Translations under genes and position numbers: made by a program | Notes under the pieces: model-generated | The model's database searches: none | Told to the model about the DNA's origin: nothing | Seen by the model: only the letters and a program-made list of their open reading frames with translations | Shown here: positions 54,244 through 64,000 of the stretch, piece after piece | How positions within the stretch are numbered: position 1 is the first letter of the stretch | How the letters are laid out: the number at the start of each line of letters is the position of its first letter | Source: an archaeon | GTDB taxonomy: Archaea > Micrarchaeota > Micrarchaeia > Anstonellales > Anstonellaceae | NCBI GenBank assembly: GCA_020056635.1 | Contig: JAGVHI010000003.1 | Span: forward strand, 28,638-92,637 | Direction: 5' to 3' | Length of the DNA stretch: 64,000 nucleotides

Positions 54244-55293
54244 TTACTTGTCCGGGTACATGACAATTTTGCCTGAATTGCCGGATTTCATTATTTCAAA
54301 TGCTTCCGCGAATTTGCTCATCGGGAACTTGTGCGTGACTAGCTTGCCCATGTCCACTTTCCCTTCCGCAAGCAGTTTGGCTGCGGTTTCCCAGGTGCCC
54401 CAAATCCGCCTTCCGTTTATGCCGAACACACGGGCCTGCTTGAAAACAATACCGTTAGTGATGTCGATTGGCACTTTGTCCTTGGCTACCCCGAGCAAGC
54501 CGGCACGGCCCCCTGGGCGCAGGATTTTGAACCCCTGTTCGTAGATTGGGGCTGCACCAGACATTTCAAGGAATACGTCCACGCCCTGATTGTTGGTTGC
54601 AGCCATTATTTCCTTCACAGGGTCCTTTTGCTTGGAATTGATAACTGTGGTTGCGCCCATGGATTTGGCGAGGTTGAGCCTGTAATCCGAAATGTCCATT
54701 GCGAAAATCTGCGTTGCGCCCGAAGCCTTGCAAATCGCTGCTGCGCACGCGCCAATCGGCCCGCACCCGAATATTGCAACTGACTGCCCTTTCACATCCC
54801 CGCCCTCGAATACTGTGTGGACTGCATTGCCCATGGGCTCCTGCGCAGACATGTGCTCTATTGCAAGGGATTTGGGGTTCACCCATGCGGTGTTGGCAGG
54901 CATTGTAAGGTATTCCGCAAAACAGCCAGTGCAATCAATTCCCCGCAGCTTCACGTCCTTGCAAATGTGCTCGTTGCCCATTTTGCACAGGTAGCAGTGG
55001 CCGCAGTAAATGTGAGTTTCGCCTGAAACTATATCGCCCACTTTCACGTGAGTCTGGGTGTTCGGGCCTATTTCCATGACCTCGCCTGCGAACTCATGCC
55101 CGAATATCATTGGGGTCTTAATCCGCGATTGCGCCCAGTTGTCCCATTCGTAAATATGCACATCAGTGCCGCAAATGGAAACTGCCTTGTTTTTCACGAG
55201 CAATTCGCCTGGCCCGGGTTGTGGGATATCCACTTCGATTATTTCCGCGCCTGGTGCGGGCCTTGTCTTTGCAAGTGCCTTCATTTTTGCCAT
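54244..55293 (-). CDS. tdh: L-threonine 3-dehydrogenase
   Basis: ICGTDVHIYEWDNWA, GHEFAG, CGHCYLC..C, QEPMGNAVHT, GINGRRI, SGNSGKIV. Confidence 0.95.
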   Translation of the reverse strand: MAKMKALAKTRPAPGAEIIEVDIPQPGPGELLVKNKAVSICGTDVHIYEWDNWAQSRIKTPMIFGHEFAGEVMEIGPNTQTHVKVGDIVSGETHIYCGHCYLCKMGNEHICKDVKLRGIDCTGCFAEYLTMPANTAWVNPKSLAIEHMSAQEPMGNAVHTVFEGGDVKGQSVAIFGCGPIGACAAAICKASGATQIFAMDISDYRLNLAKSMGATTVINSKQKDPVKEIMAATNNQGVDVFLEMSGAAPIYEQGFKILRPGGRAGLLGVAKDKVPIDITNGIVFKQARVFGINGRRIWGTWETAAKLLAEGKVDMGKLVTHKFPMSKFAEAFEIMKSGNSGKIVMYPDK

Positions 55294-55431
55294 ATTGTAT
55301 CATCTCCAATAGCGTTAGGTAGGGGAATTGGGGGGAAAATTTGTTTAAAGCATTATGTACGTTCTTCGTCGATTGTGCCCGCTTGTGGCTATATATTATT
55401 TGCGGCGCAAATCGGCTCCAAGGTGAGAAAT

Positions 55432-56616
55432 ATGGTTGCACTTGACTCGATACTGGCTGCGGAAGTGAATTCATTGAGGGAAAAGGATTTGCTCTGGAAC
55501 ATAAAGCAGCTGCAAGGGCCTTCTGTGCCTAGGTCAAAGGTGGATGGGAAGGATGTAGTGATGCTCTGCTCGAACAATTACTTGGGGCTATCAGACCACC
55601 CTGCGCTGAAAGAAGCTGCGATTGAAGCTGTGAAAAAGTACGGGGCTGGGAGCGGGTCAGTGCGCGCGATTGCAGGAACAATGGATTTGCACATCCGGCT
55701 TGAGGAAGTAATTGCGAAATTCAAGAAAACCGAGGACTGTATTTATTACCAGTCGGGCTTTACCGCAAACTCAGGGGCGATTCCGCAGCTTGGGGTGGAA
55801 GGGGATTTGCTGATTTCGGATGAGCTTAACCATGGAAGCATAATAGATGGGGTAAGGTTAACCAAGGCTGGAAGGGCGATTTTCAAGCACAAGAACATGG
55901 ACGATTTGAAACGGGTGCTTGAGGAGAACAAGGGGAAAGCGAAGAAAACTTGGGTCATTACTGATGGAGTTTTCTCGATGGATGGGGATATTGCGCCGCT
56001 TGGGGAGATTTCAAAATTGGCGCAGGAGTATGGCGCGTACGTTTATGTGGATGATGCGCACGGGGATGGCGTGCTTGGGGACCATGGGAGGGGAATTACA
56101 GACCATTTCCACCTGCACGGGAAAATAGAAGCGGATATGGGGACATTTTCCAAGGGATTTGGAGTGGCGGGCGGGTACATTGCGGGGAGCAAAACACTCA
56201 AGGAATTCCTGCTGAACAAATCAAGGACATATTTGCTCACTGGCTCGCATCCGCCTGCCACTGTTGCTGCGTGCATTGCTGCTATTGAGCTGCTTGAGAA
56301 GGATGATACGCTGGTGAAGAAAGTATGGGAGAACACCAAGTACTTCAAGGGGGAATTGAAGGAAAAGGGGTTCAATACAGGCGAGAGCGAAACGCCCATT
56401 ACCCCGATAATGCTTGGGGAGAGCGCGGTTGCGAAAAAATTCTCGCAAGAATTGTTTGCAGAGGGAGTATTCGCATTGCCCATTGTGTTCCCGATGGTCG
56501 CGCAGGGGAAAGCAAGGATTAGGACAATGATGACTGCAGCGCACACAAAGGAGGACTTGGACTTTGCACTTGGGAAAATAGAGAAAGTGGGGCAGAAGCT
56601 AGGGGTTGTGAAGTAA
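55432..56616 (+). CDS. kbl: Glycine C-acetyltransferase (2-amino-3-ketobutyrate CoA ligase)
   Basis: SNNYLGL, SDELNHGSIIDG, TDGVFSMDGD, DDAHG, GTFSKG; divergent from tdh. Confidence 0.9.
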   Translation: MVALDSILAAEVNSLREKDLLWNIKQLQGPSVPRSKVDGKDVVMLCSNNYLGLSDHPALKEAAIEAVKKYGAGSGSVRAIAGTMDLHIRLEEVIAKFKKTEDCIYYQSGFTANSGAIPQLGVEGDLLISDELNHGSIIDGVRLTKAGRAIFKHKNMDDLKRVLEENKGKAKKTWVITDGVFSMDGDIAPLGEISKLAQEYGAYVYVDDAHGDGVLGDHGRGITDHFHLHGKIEADMGTFSKGFGVAGGYIAGSKTLKEFLLNKSRTYLLTGSHPPATVAACIAAIELLEKDDTLVKKVWENTKYFKGELKEKGFNTGESETPITPIMLGESAVAKKFSQELFAEGVFALPIVFPMVAQGKARIRTMMTAAHTKEDLDFALGKIEKVGQKLGVVK

Positions 56617-56623
56617 GCCCCTG

Positions 56624-57505
56624 CTACTTCTTTTTCAGCTCAAAGAGCTGCAGGGCAATGCCAAAAACGATTATCAGAAGACCAGCCACTGATGAGAGAA
56701 GAATGGCCTCGCCAAGAAGAAAGTGGATATAGACCAGAGACATGAAAGGCGTCAGGAACATTATATTTGACATTTTTGCGGTATCGCCATGCTTGAGTGC
56801 CAGAGCCCATAATACCGAGGCTGCGGCGCTTGTGAAAAAGCCTAGCCAGACAAGTCCAGCCAGCTCTTGGAAGGATAATTGCGGAACTTGAGAAAACAAT
56901 ATGGTCGCAAGCGCAACTAAGATGAAAGTAAAAAGGAAATAGAACATGGTGGAAGTGACACGCTCGTAGTTGTATTTTTTCACCAAGACCATGTATAGGC
57001 CTGCTGAGAGCGCCCCGCCCAGAGCCAAAAGCGCCCCCACTGGATTTGATATGTGGAAACTGAACACGGCGCCTTTTGTCAAAACAATGTAAATGCCTGC
57101 GAAGCCAAGCAGGATTGCAAATAGTTTCCTGATGCCCAATTTCTCGCCTAGTATAGGCGCTGCGAATACTACAACCCATAGCAGCCACGTGTAATTCACT
57201 ATAGAAACCTCCTGTGCAGGTGAAATCGCAAGGGCGGCAAAAAGACATCCGTAATATATCAGCTGCCCTATGAAACCAAGCCATGCGAAGCGCCAATAAT
57301 CAATTACTGTATATTTTTTGATCAGGTTCAGCTTGTTTTGCCATAACGCTACCAAAAACAGGCTAATTGTCGCTATCATTGATGTGAAAAAAAGAACCTG
57401 CAAGCTGGAAAGGTTTTGCACTAGCAGTTTTGCCACTGCCGCGCTTGAGCCCCAAAGCAGCACGGCCAAGACCGCGTATATGTACGGCATTTTTCCTTCA
57501 CCCAT
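56624..57505 (-). CDS. EamA/DMT family transporter
   Basis: About 10 TM helices in two repeats; LLWGSS, ILGEKL, LLGEAI. Confidence 0.9.
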   Translation of the reverse strand: MGEGKMPYIYAVLAVLLWGSSAAVAKLLVQNLSSLQVLFFTSMIATISLFLVALWQNKLNLIKKYTVIDYWRFAWLGFIGQLIYYGCLFAALAISPAQEVSIVNYTWLLWVVVFAAPILGEKLGIRKLFAILLGFAGIYIVLTKGAVFSFHISNPVGALLALGGALSAGLYMVLVKKYNYERVTSTMFYFLFTFILVALATILFSQVPQLSFQELAGLVWLGFFTSAAASVLWALALKHGDTAKMSNIMFLTPFMSLVYIHFLLGEAILLSSVAGLLIIVFGIALQLFELKKK

Positions 57506-57515
57506 TTGATCGCCC

Positions 57516-58142
57516 TTATTTCTTTTTCAGCTCCATCATTTCAGAGAGCACTTCGTACGCCCGGGTGCTGTCGCTGTTCCTTAACAAAAGCAAGGTGTCG
57601 TTGTGGCACGATATTATTTCCAGCATGTTGATGCCCTCGGCCCAGAGCGCATCGAGCATTGTCGCAACTGAGCCCGGGATATTCTCGATTTCTTTTGGGG
57701 AGTATACTGTTATCAGCACAAGGTTATCTATAACATGGAGGTTTTTTTTCTTGAGTGCGGGAACGTATGACGAATCCACCACGCTCATCACACCGCTCCT
57801 GCTGTTGGAGACTGCAATTACCGGCACGCGTATTGCTGACTGGCTCCTTACCACCGCAACCTTGCTCCTTACCTCTATGCTGCTTTGCTTCAGTAGAGCC
57901 TCCACCCGAGCCTCATAATCTTCAGGGACCCGATGCTGCATTTTTCCTGCCCTGATTATTGCAGCTTTCACCGCGTCCGTCTTGCCCCCTGCACCTATTG
58001 ATTTTGAAATTTTGTGCGCAAGCTCAGAGTAATTGCACAGCCCGCCCCTCACCATAGAGAGGAGTATCGGTCTGCGCTTCAGGTAGAGCCTCACAAGGTT
58101 TGCAATCGAGCCTGTGTTTTTCATTTGTTCCACTTGGGACAT
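57516..58142 (-). CDS. ACT-domain regulator with N-terminal HTH-like region
   Basis: GLCNYSELAH..I; C-terminal IENIPG.....L...GINMLEIISC. Confidence 0.8.
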   Translation of the reverse strand: MSQVEQMKNTGSIANLVRLYLKRRPILLSMVRGGLCNYSELAHKISKSIGAGGKTDAVKAAIIRAGKMQHRVPEDYEARVEALLKQSSIEVRSKVAVVRSQSAIRVPVIAVSNSRSGVMSVVDSSYVPALKKKNLHVIDNLVLITVYSPKEIENIPGSVATMLDALWAEGINMLEIISCHNDTLLLLRNSDSTRAYEVLSEMMELKKK

Positions 58143-58296
58143 TTTGTCCTGAATTGTAATTTGGAGGACAGAGCTTATAAATCGCTCGTTCGGCGCAACT
58201 TATGCTGCAGGCGGCGGAAAAAACGGCATGCATCCGCATCAGGCTGGAGGATTTGTCCATCGCCGCCTGCATTTCCAAATAAAAGAGGTGGAGGAT

Positions 58297-58473
58297 ATGG
58301 GCGGGAACGTTGTGAATTGCATAGAATGCGATACAGGGAACGACATAGGGGAAGGCGGGGAGATTGGGCAGGTGATAAGCTGCTCGTGCTGCGGCACACT
58401 TCTGGAGATAATGTCGATTGCTCCGCTCTTGGTACAAAAGGCCCCGCAGATTTTGGAGGATTTTGGCGAGTGA
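58297..58473 (+). CDS. lysW: LysW-type amino-group carrier protein
   Basis: CIEC...CSCC zinc ribbon, C-terminal EDFGE, GAGGTGGAGG RBS. Confidence 0.9.
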   Translation: MGGNVVNCIECDTGNDIGEGGEIGQVISCSCCGTLLEIMSIAPLLVQKAPQILEDFGE

Positions 58474-58509
58474 ATTTTGCGGGCAAGATAGAGGGATTGG
58501 GCGATTTCT

Positions 58510-59367
58510 ATGAAAATTGGTTTTGCATATACTATGCTAACCCCCGAGAATATGACAATTGTGAAAGCTGCAAAAAGCGATGGAGTGGAACTTGCGATGC
58601 TCAATGATGAGAAGGAGAGCTTGTCGCTGGGGGGTCTGCCGGAAGGGTTTGAGGAGGCGGGGTGCCTGCTTGACCGCTCAAGCGGGTTTTCGCGCTCGCT
58701 TTGCATATCGCACCTGTTCGAGCTGCATGGGGTTCCAGTGGTAAATTCGCACTTTGCGCAGAAAATATGCGGGGATAAGGTGGCGTGCAGCGCAGTGCTT
58801 GCGAAATCAGGGGTGCCTACGCCGAAAGTGCTGGTTGCGTTCTCAGCACAGGCTGCGCTTTCCGCTGTTGAGGAGATGGGTTACCCTTGTGTGATAAAGC
58901 CGCCGGTCGGGAGCTGGGGCAGGATGGTGTGCAAAATCACGGACAAGCATGCGGCTGAGGCAGTGGTTTCGCTTAAGAGCACGCTTGGTGGGTATGCTGA
59001 CAAGGTGTATTACATCCAGGAATTCGTGGACAAGCCGGGCAGGGATATCAGAGTGTTCCTGATAGGGGACGAGATTGTGTTTTCGATTTGCAGGACTGCA
59101 AAAGAGGGGGCGTTCCTGACGAACCTGAGCGCAGGGGGGACCGCTAGCGGGTTTGCGCTTACGGAAGAGATGGAAGAGGCAGTGCACAAGGTTGGCGGGA
59201 TTATGGGAAGCGGCATATATGGGATTGACTTGATTGAGGGAAAGGATGGCGGGTTCTATGTGCTTGAGGTGAACCATGCGCCAGAGTTCTCCAAATCAGC
59301 TGGGGCAGGGATTGGGAAGGTTGCGGAAAAAATTGTGCAGTTTGCAGTATCGTGCATGAAAAAGTAG
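58510..59367 (+). CDS. lysX: LysX/ArgX ATP-grasp ligase (RimK family)
   Basis: CGDK, KPPVGSWGR, YYIQEFVDKPGRDIR, LEVNHAPEF. Confidence 0.88.
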   Translation: MKIGFAYTMLTPENMTIVKAAKSDGVELAMLNDEKESLSLGGLPEGFEEAGCLLDRSSGFSRSLCISHLFELHGVPVVNSHFAQKICGDKVACSAVLAKSGVPTPKVLVAFSAQAALSAVEEMGYPCVIKPPVGSWGRMVCKITDKHAAEAVVSLKSTLGGYADKVYYIQEFVDKPGRDIRVFLIGDEIVFSICRTAKEGAFLTNLSAGGTASGFALTEEMEEAVHKVGGIMGSGIYGIDLIEGKDGGFYVLEVNHAPEFSKSAGAGIGKVAEKIVQFAVSCMKK

Positions 59368-59373
59368 GGGATT

Positions 59374-60288
59374 GTGATGGATTTTCTCAAAATGGGCGAC
59401 ATAAGCCCGAAAGATCTGCAGGACATACTCTGGGTTTCGCTTAGGATTAAGCAGGAGTTGAAAGGCGGAACGCATGAAGAGATGCTGAAGGGGAAAACGC
59501 TTCTGATGCTCTTTTCGAAAAATAGCACAAGGACGAGAGTTTCATTCGAGACCGGGATGACGCAGCTTGGGGGGCACGCAGTATTCCTGGATATGGAAAA
59601 ATCGCAGGGTTCCAGGGGCGAGAGTTTCTTTGATATGGGCGGGTCTGTGGGCGGGATGGCGGACTTGGTCATGGCAAGATTGCACTCGCACCAGGATATT
59701 GAGAAACTCGCAGAGGGTTCGGCTGCGCCTGTGATAAACGGGCTTACAGACTTGGAGCATCCATGCCAGGCGCTTTCGGACATGCTCACGCTCTGGGAGC
59801 TTGGGAAACTCAAAAAGGGGGGCAAGCTTGCGTTTGTCGGGGACTGCAGGAACAATGTGGCGAATTCCCTCATGCTTGCGTGCGCAATGTCCGGCTTGGA
59901 GGTTTCCATGGTAGGACCGGAGGGATATGCGCCAAAAAGCGAATATGTTGAGATGGCACAGGGGTTTGGGTGCAAGGTAGAGCATTGCGCTGATGTGGAA
60001 AAAGGGTTAGAGGGCGTGGATGCAGTTTATACTGACACCTGGGTTTCAATGGGTGATGAAATTGAAGCGAAGAAGAGGGTTGAAGTGTTATCTCCATACC
60101 AGGTGGATGAGAAGCTGATGTATTATGCAAAGCAGGATGCGGTATTCATGCACTGCCTTCCTGCGCATAGGGGGCAGGAGGTCACAAATGAGGTGATTGA
60201 TGGGAAGCAGAGCGTGGTATTCTTGCAGGCTGAGAACAGGATGCATGCGCAAAAAGGGCTTATGTGCTGGCTTCTCGGAAAGGCGTGA
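59374..60288 (+). CDS. argF: Ornithine carbamoyltransferase
   Basis: STRTRVSF, HPCQAL, YTDTWVSMG, HCLPAHRG, QAENRMH. Confidence 0.95.
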   Translation: MMDFLKMGDISPKDLQDILWVSLRIKQELKGGTHEEMLKGKTLLMLFSKNSTRTRVSFETGMTQLGGHAVFLDMEKSQGSRGESFFDMGGSVGGMADLVMARLHSHQDIEKLAEGSAAPVINGLTDLEHPCQALSDMLTLWELGKLKKGGKLAFVGDCRNNVANSLMLACAMSGLEVSMVGPEGYAPKSEYVEMAQGFGCKVEHCADVEKGLEGVDAVYTDTWVSMGDEIEAKKRVEVLSPYQVDEKLMYYAKQDAVFMHCLPAHRGQEVTNEVIDGKQSVVFLQAENRMHAQKGLMCWLLGKA

Positions 60289-60326
60289 TACGAATAGTTA
60301 TATTTCTATTTCGGGAAGCTATCCCT

Positions 60327-61397
60327 ATGGACATTGAGAGAAAAGTAGAGCTTGTGAAAAGGGCGCCAACCCAGGAAGTGATTACTGAGAAGGAGCTGCG
60401 GGAAGTGTTTGAGAACTACTCGCACCCGAAGCACTACATAGGGTTTGAGATTTCAGGAATGGTGCATTTGGGAAGCGGGCTTTGCACTGGGTTGAAAATA
60501 AAAGATTTGCTTGAGGCGGGAGTTAAGCCCACAATATTCCTTGCGGATTACCATGCGTGGATAAATGGGAAATTGGGCGGGGATCTGGAGAAAATCCAGA
60601 AAGTTGCGAAGGGGTATTTCAAGAGCGCGTTCTTGTCGCTCGGGCTTGAGGAGGGGAAAGTGGAGTTCGTGCTTGCATCCGAAATTTACGACAAGGAGTA
60701 TTGGAAGGATGTGCTCAAGATTTCGAAGGAGACTACGATTGCAAGGATGCTTAGGTGCACTACTATCATGGGGAGAACGCAGAAGGACGCGACGGATTCG
60801 GCTGCGATATTGTACCCTGCGATGCAGGCTGCAGATATTTGGAAACTGGATGTGCAGATTGCGCATGCGGGAATGGACCAGAGGAAAGTGCACATGCTTT
60901 CAAGGGAAGTGAGCGAAAAGCTCGGGAAGAGGAAAGTGGTCGCGGTGCATGGGAAGCTGCTTTCGGGGTTGTCTGGGCCAGGCAGGATGGATGCAGGGGC
61001 GGTGCAGGGGGAAGAAGAGAAGGACGCGGCTATGATTGCGGGCAAGATGAGCAAATCAAAGCCAGATTCGGCAATATTCATCCATGATTCGGAAGAGGAA
61101 ATAACGCGCAAGGTTGCAAAGGCGTACTGCCCGGAGAAAGCAGTTGAGGGGAACCCGGTAATCGAGATGATGGAGTATTTTGTGATGCGGGAGAAGGGAA
61201 GCGTGCTGAAAATCAGCAGGCCTGCAAAGTTCGGGGGGGACGTGGAGTTCGCATCAGCGCAAGAGGCGAAAATGGAGTATCTGCAGGGGAAATTGCACCC
61301 AATGGATTTGAAAGCGGCTGTTGCACGTGAACTGGGCGCGGTGCTAAAGCCGAGCAGGGACTATTTTGAAAAGAGGAAGGAAATGCTGGTGTTTTAG
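60327..61397 (+). CDS. tyrS: Tyrosine--tRNA ligase
   Basis: YIGFEISG.VHLG, YPAMQAAD, GMDQRK, KMSKS, LHPMDLK. Confidence 0.95.
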   Translation: MDIERKVELVKRAPTQEVITEKELREVFENYSHPKHYIGFEISGMVHLGSGLCTGLKIKDLLEAGVKPTIFLADYHAWINGKLGGDLEKIQKVAKGYFKSAFLSLGLEEGKVEFVLASEIYDKEYWKDVLKISKETTIARMLRCTTIMGRTQKDATDSAAILYPAMQAADIWKLDVQIAHAGMDQRKVHMLSREVSEKLGKRKVVAVHGKLLSGLSGPGRMDAGAVQGEEEKDAAMIAGKMSKSKPDSAIFIHDSEEEITRKVAKAYCPEKAVEGNPVIEMMEYFVMREKGSVLKISRPAKFGGDVEFASAQEAKMEYLQGKLHPMDLKAAVARELGAVLKPSRDYFEKRKEMLVF

Positions 61398-62111
61398 ATG
61401 GCATCGCGCGCGCTAAAGGACCATATGGAAGGGCACAGCGGGAGCAATGCGCTTGTGCGCCAGGTGATACTTGGCGGGCAGGACGGCGTTGTGAACATTT
61501 TGGGGTTGGTGCTCGGGGTTGCAAGTGCCACCAAAGACTCGAGGATTGTGATAATTGCGGGTGTTGCAACCGCGTTTGCAGAGAGTTTTTCCATGGCGGC
61601 GGTCGCGTATACCTCTGCGCGCGCAATGCATGATTTTTACGATTCCGAGCTGCAGCGGGAGAAGCAGGAGATTGAGGAAGTGCCGCATTTTGAGCGCGAG
61701 GAGATACGCGAGATTTACTCGAAAAAGGGGTTTAGGGGAAAGCTGCTTGACCGGATTGTGAGAACAATCACTTCGAACAAAAAGATTTGGCTCAAGGTGA
61801 TGATGGAAGAGGAGCTCAATTTGAGCATGCGCGAGTTCGAGAGCCCTAAAAAAGAGGCAGCAGTGGTAGGGCTTTCCGCGTTTGCTGGTTCGCTGATCCC
61901 GATTGCCCCGTTTTTCGTGCTGCCTGTATTCGAAGCCATGATCGTGTCCGCGCTTGCGTGCTCCGGAATATTGTTCGTGGGGGGCGCGATTAAAGCAAGG
62001 CTGACCATAGGAAGCTGGTGGAGAAGCGGGCTTGAAATAATGGGGGTCGGCATGGTGGCAGGCATGCTCGGATATGTGGTTGGGACGCTTCTTGGGGCTG
62101 CAAGCTTCTGA
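61398..62111 (+). CDS. VIT1/CCC1 family Fe/Mn transporter
   Basis: ILGGQDGVV, SFSMAA..Y.S, MMEEEL, GSLIPI.PF. Confidence 0.92.
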   Translation: MASRALKDHMEGHSGSNALVRQVILGGQDGVVNILGLVLGVASATKDSRIVIIAGVATAFAESFSMAAVAYTSARAMHDFYDSELQREKQEIEEVPHFEREEIREIYSKKGFRGKLLDRIVRTITSNKKIWLKVMMEEELNLSMREFESPKKEAAVVGLSAFAGSLIPIAPFFVLPVFEAMIVSALACSGILFVGGAIKARLTIGSWWRSGLEIMGVGMVAGMLGYVVGTLLGAASF

Positions 62112-62165
62112 AAAATAGTCTTATTTTTTAAGTTCGGGGGGCAATTTTTCCATTGGGCGAGAGAG

Positions 62166-63293
62166 ATGAGGGACATATGCGATTTTGCGCTTGGGAAGAT
62201 GCCTGCAGAGGCGCTGTTTGCATTCAATACAAACGTCGATGCCATTGCAAAGCTTGAGAGCCTCCCAGGGCTTAGGCTGCCAGGGCTAATGGAGAGCATT
62301 GAGAAGTGCGAGCAGAAGGAGATACTTGTAGGGGGGGCGCAAGCAGAGGCGCTTTCAAGGCACCAGTGGCAGCATTCGATAGGCGGGCAGGCAGGAAGGT
62401 GTGCGCAGGTGGCGGCGTACCTTGGGGTGAAATCCTACCTTAACATACCTGTCTCGTGCCATGAGCAGAACCGCTTTTTCCACCCAAACGTGCACTGCGC
62501 GCACAATGGGGCGTTCATCCCTGCGGGAAGAGTAAGGGAATCCGGCAAGCCCCCTGTGCACTACATAATAGAATACGAGAGGGGGATGAAAATCGCCGGG
62601 CAGAAGCTGCACTGCCAGAACAGGTTTATAGCGTCGTATTATGGGAATGGCGGGCCTATGGATGCGCAAGTGGGGTTTGTGAAGCTGATGGAAGGGCAGG
62701 TGCGGTATGTGAACCGGGCCGTGCTAGGCGGGGCGCATCTTCTGCAGGAGAACAGGGCGCACAGGCTTGAAGAGGCAAGGGCGCTTATTGAAAGCTGGAA
62801 AAAGAGGAACCCGGAGCTAAAAGTGCATTTTGAGTGCGGGGATTTCCAGTCCGAGAAGGTTGCAAAGCTGTTCCTGCGCAGGGTTGCACCAGTGTGCGAT
62901 TCGATTGGGATAAACAGGGTCGAGTGCAGGCAATTGTCTGGAAGGGAGGGGAACGCTTTCGAAGCGGCGGCATCGCTTTTGCCTCACGTGCCGCTCGCTG
63001 TGTTGCATGAGCCCCAGTTTGCAGCCAGCTTCTCAGGGAAGGATGTTGCATGGGAATCGCTTGCATTCGGGAATTTGGTTGCCGCGTTCTACCTTGAGCA
63101 CGGCAGGCTTGCGAACATGGGAGAGCTCTATGCGTATGAGCCAAAAAAGAGGGCAACCGACAGGTTCACATTCGAATACCGGAATGCGAAAATAGACTGC
63201 GCAAGCGAGTTTGTGCCAACCTATGCAATCCTGCCCAAGCTCACTGTTGGCGGCGGGGATGCGTTTGCAGCCGGGTTTGCGCTCACTTATTGA
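62166..63293 (+). CDS. ADP-dependent glucokinase/phosphofructokinase family
   Basis: AFNTNVDAI, IGGQAG, VHYIIEY, NRFIA, SIGIN..E, TVGGGD. Confidence 0.85.
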   Translation: MRDICDFALGKMPAEALFAFNTNVDAIAKLESLPGLRLPGLMESIEKCEQKEILVGGAQAEALSRHQWQHSIGGQAGRCAQVAAYLGVKSYLNIPVSCHEQNRFFHPNVHCAHNGAFIPAGRVRESGKPPVHYIIEYERGMKIAGQKLHCQNRFIASYYGNGGPMDAQVGFVKLMEGQVRYVNRAVLGGAHLLQENRAHRLEEARALIESWKKRNPELKVHFECGDFQSEKVAKLFLRRVAPVCDSIGINRVECRQLSGREGNAFEAAASLLPHVPLAVLHEPQFAASFSGKDVAWESLAFGNLVAAFYLEHGRLANMGELYAYEPKKRATDRFTFEYRNAKIDCASEFVPTYAILPKLTVGGGDAFAAGFALTY

Positions 63294-63296
63294 ATT

Positions 63297-63593
63297 TCAA
63301 CTTTCGTTCAGCGCATCCAGATCCGCAAGCATTGAATCGAACTCCGAGTCCTCAATAGATGTGTTTATGTCATCTTCGCTCAGGTCCGGTGATTCAGCCT
63401 CGAGTGCATCCAGGTCCGAAAGGGATGAATCGAGCCCTGCATCCTCGCCCGGGGTTGCGACGTCATTGCCGCTAAGGGCTGGCTGCTCTGTGCCCGGAGG
63501 CGGAGGCTGCTGGGCTGGTGGCTGCTGCGAGCAGCCGAATAAAAGAAAAGAAAGCAGGAGTACTGAAACGAATATTGCGATTTTGCTATTCAT
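63297..63593 (-). CDS. Small acidic lipoprotein-like protein
   Basis: LLFGC lipobox-like, Pro/Gln linker, Asp/Glu-rich tail. Confidence 0.7.
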   Translation of the reverse strand: MNSKIAIFVSVLLLSFLLFGCSQQPPAQQPPPPGTEQPALSGNDVATPGEDAGLDSSLSDLDALEAESPDLSEDDINTSIEDSEFDSMLADLDALNES

Positions 63594-63606
63594 GTTGCAA
63601 CACCCC

Positions 63607-64000
63607 CTAGCTTGCATCTGTGGATGGGTTCTTTAGCGCCTTGTAGTTTGCGCGCGCATCGGAAACAAATTCGCCCCATGAGTTCTTTATTTCCTGCACG
63701 ACTTCGCGCTTGCCCTTTATGTCAGGCGCATTTGCGAACCTTTCCTTGGCATCCTCAAGCCATGCGATGAAATCGGCGGCCTTCTCCTGGCTTATGATCC
63801 CCTTGTCCGCGAACTTCTTTGCCTTTTCCCCAAGGTTTGAAATCCGCTCCTTTATCATTTCATAAACTTTTCCCTTGAGCTGGCTCGTACATTGCGTAGC
63901 TTCGGTGCCTGTGCATTCCTTTATCTCATCGCGCACCTGCTTTGCGGCATTAAGGCCAACCACGCGCTTTAGGCACGCCTCGCGCTTGTCTTCGCCGAGG
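63607..64000 (-). CDS. Hypothetical helical protein, C-terminal part (starts beyond the window end)
   Basis: Lys/Glu-rich ORF in the track (63607-63963) that appears to continue to the window edge. Confidence 0.6.
   Translation of the reverse strand, partial: LGEDKREACLKRVVGLNAAKQVRDEIKECTGTEATQCTSQLKGKVYEMIKERISNLGEKAKKFADKGIISQEKAADFIAWLEDAKERFANAPDIKGKREVVQEIKNSWGEFVSDARANYKALKNPSTDAS

Noticed and set aside
55048-55431. N-terminal extension of the kbl ORF
   Set aside because: It overlaps tdh on the other strand; the ATG at 55432 has an AGGTGA RBS.
1-64000. CRISPR array, rRNA, transposase
   Set aside because: No regularly spaced repeats, rRNA signatures or transposase motifs were seen on manual reading.

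Overview
This is a gene-dense archaeal chromosomal segment (PolD DP1/DP2, topoisomerase VI, pelota, ABCE1, Sm, LysW, class III signal-peptide pilins). A DPANN lineage, most plausibly Micrarchaeota, is inferred from gene content and intron-bearing tRNAs, not shown directly. It holds about 55 CDS and four tRNAs; no rRNA, CRISPR array or recognisable transposase or integrase was found. The most striking signal is in two unrelated tRNA genes about 29 kb apart, Phe-GAA (868-1052) and Arg-TCT (30139-30364). Each carries a long intron (111 and 128 nt) at the same non-canonical T-loop site (56/57), with co-varying bulge-helix splice motifs and the same internal design: a pyrimidine/purine hairpin, a mirror purine tract (intrastrand-triplex signature), a second hairpin and GAAATA. 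This looks like a family of structured, possibly mobile tRNA introns. Other notable items are a single-chain triple-RidA protein near tyrosine phenol-lyase, a CysRS lacking its anticodon domain, a T9SS-type C-terminal domain protein next to a subtilase, two divergent structured RNA candidates upstream of top6B, a pilin/LamG cluster, a lysozyme-like gene behind tRNA-Ala, and a minimal lysW-lysX-argF unit with a structured leader.
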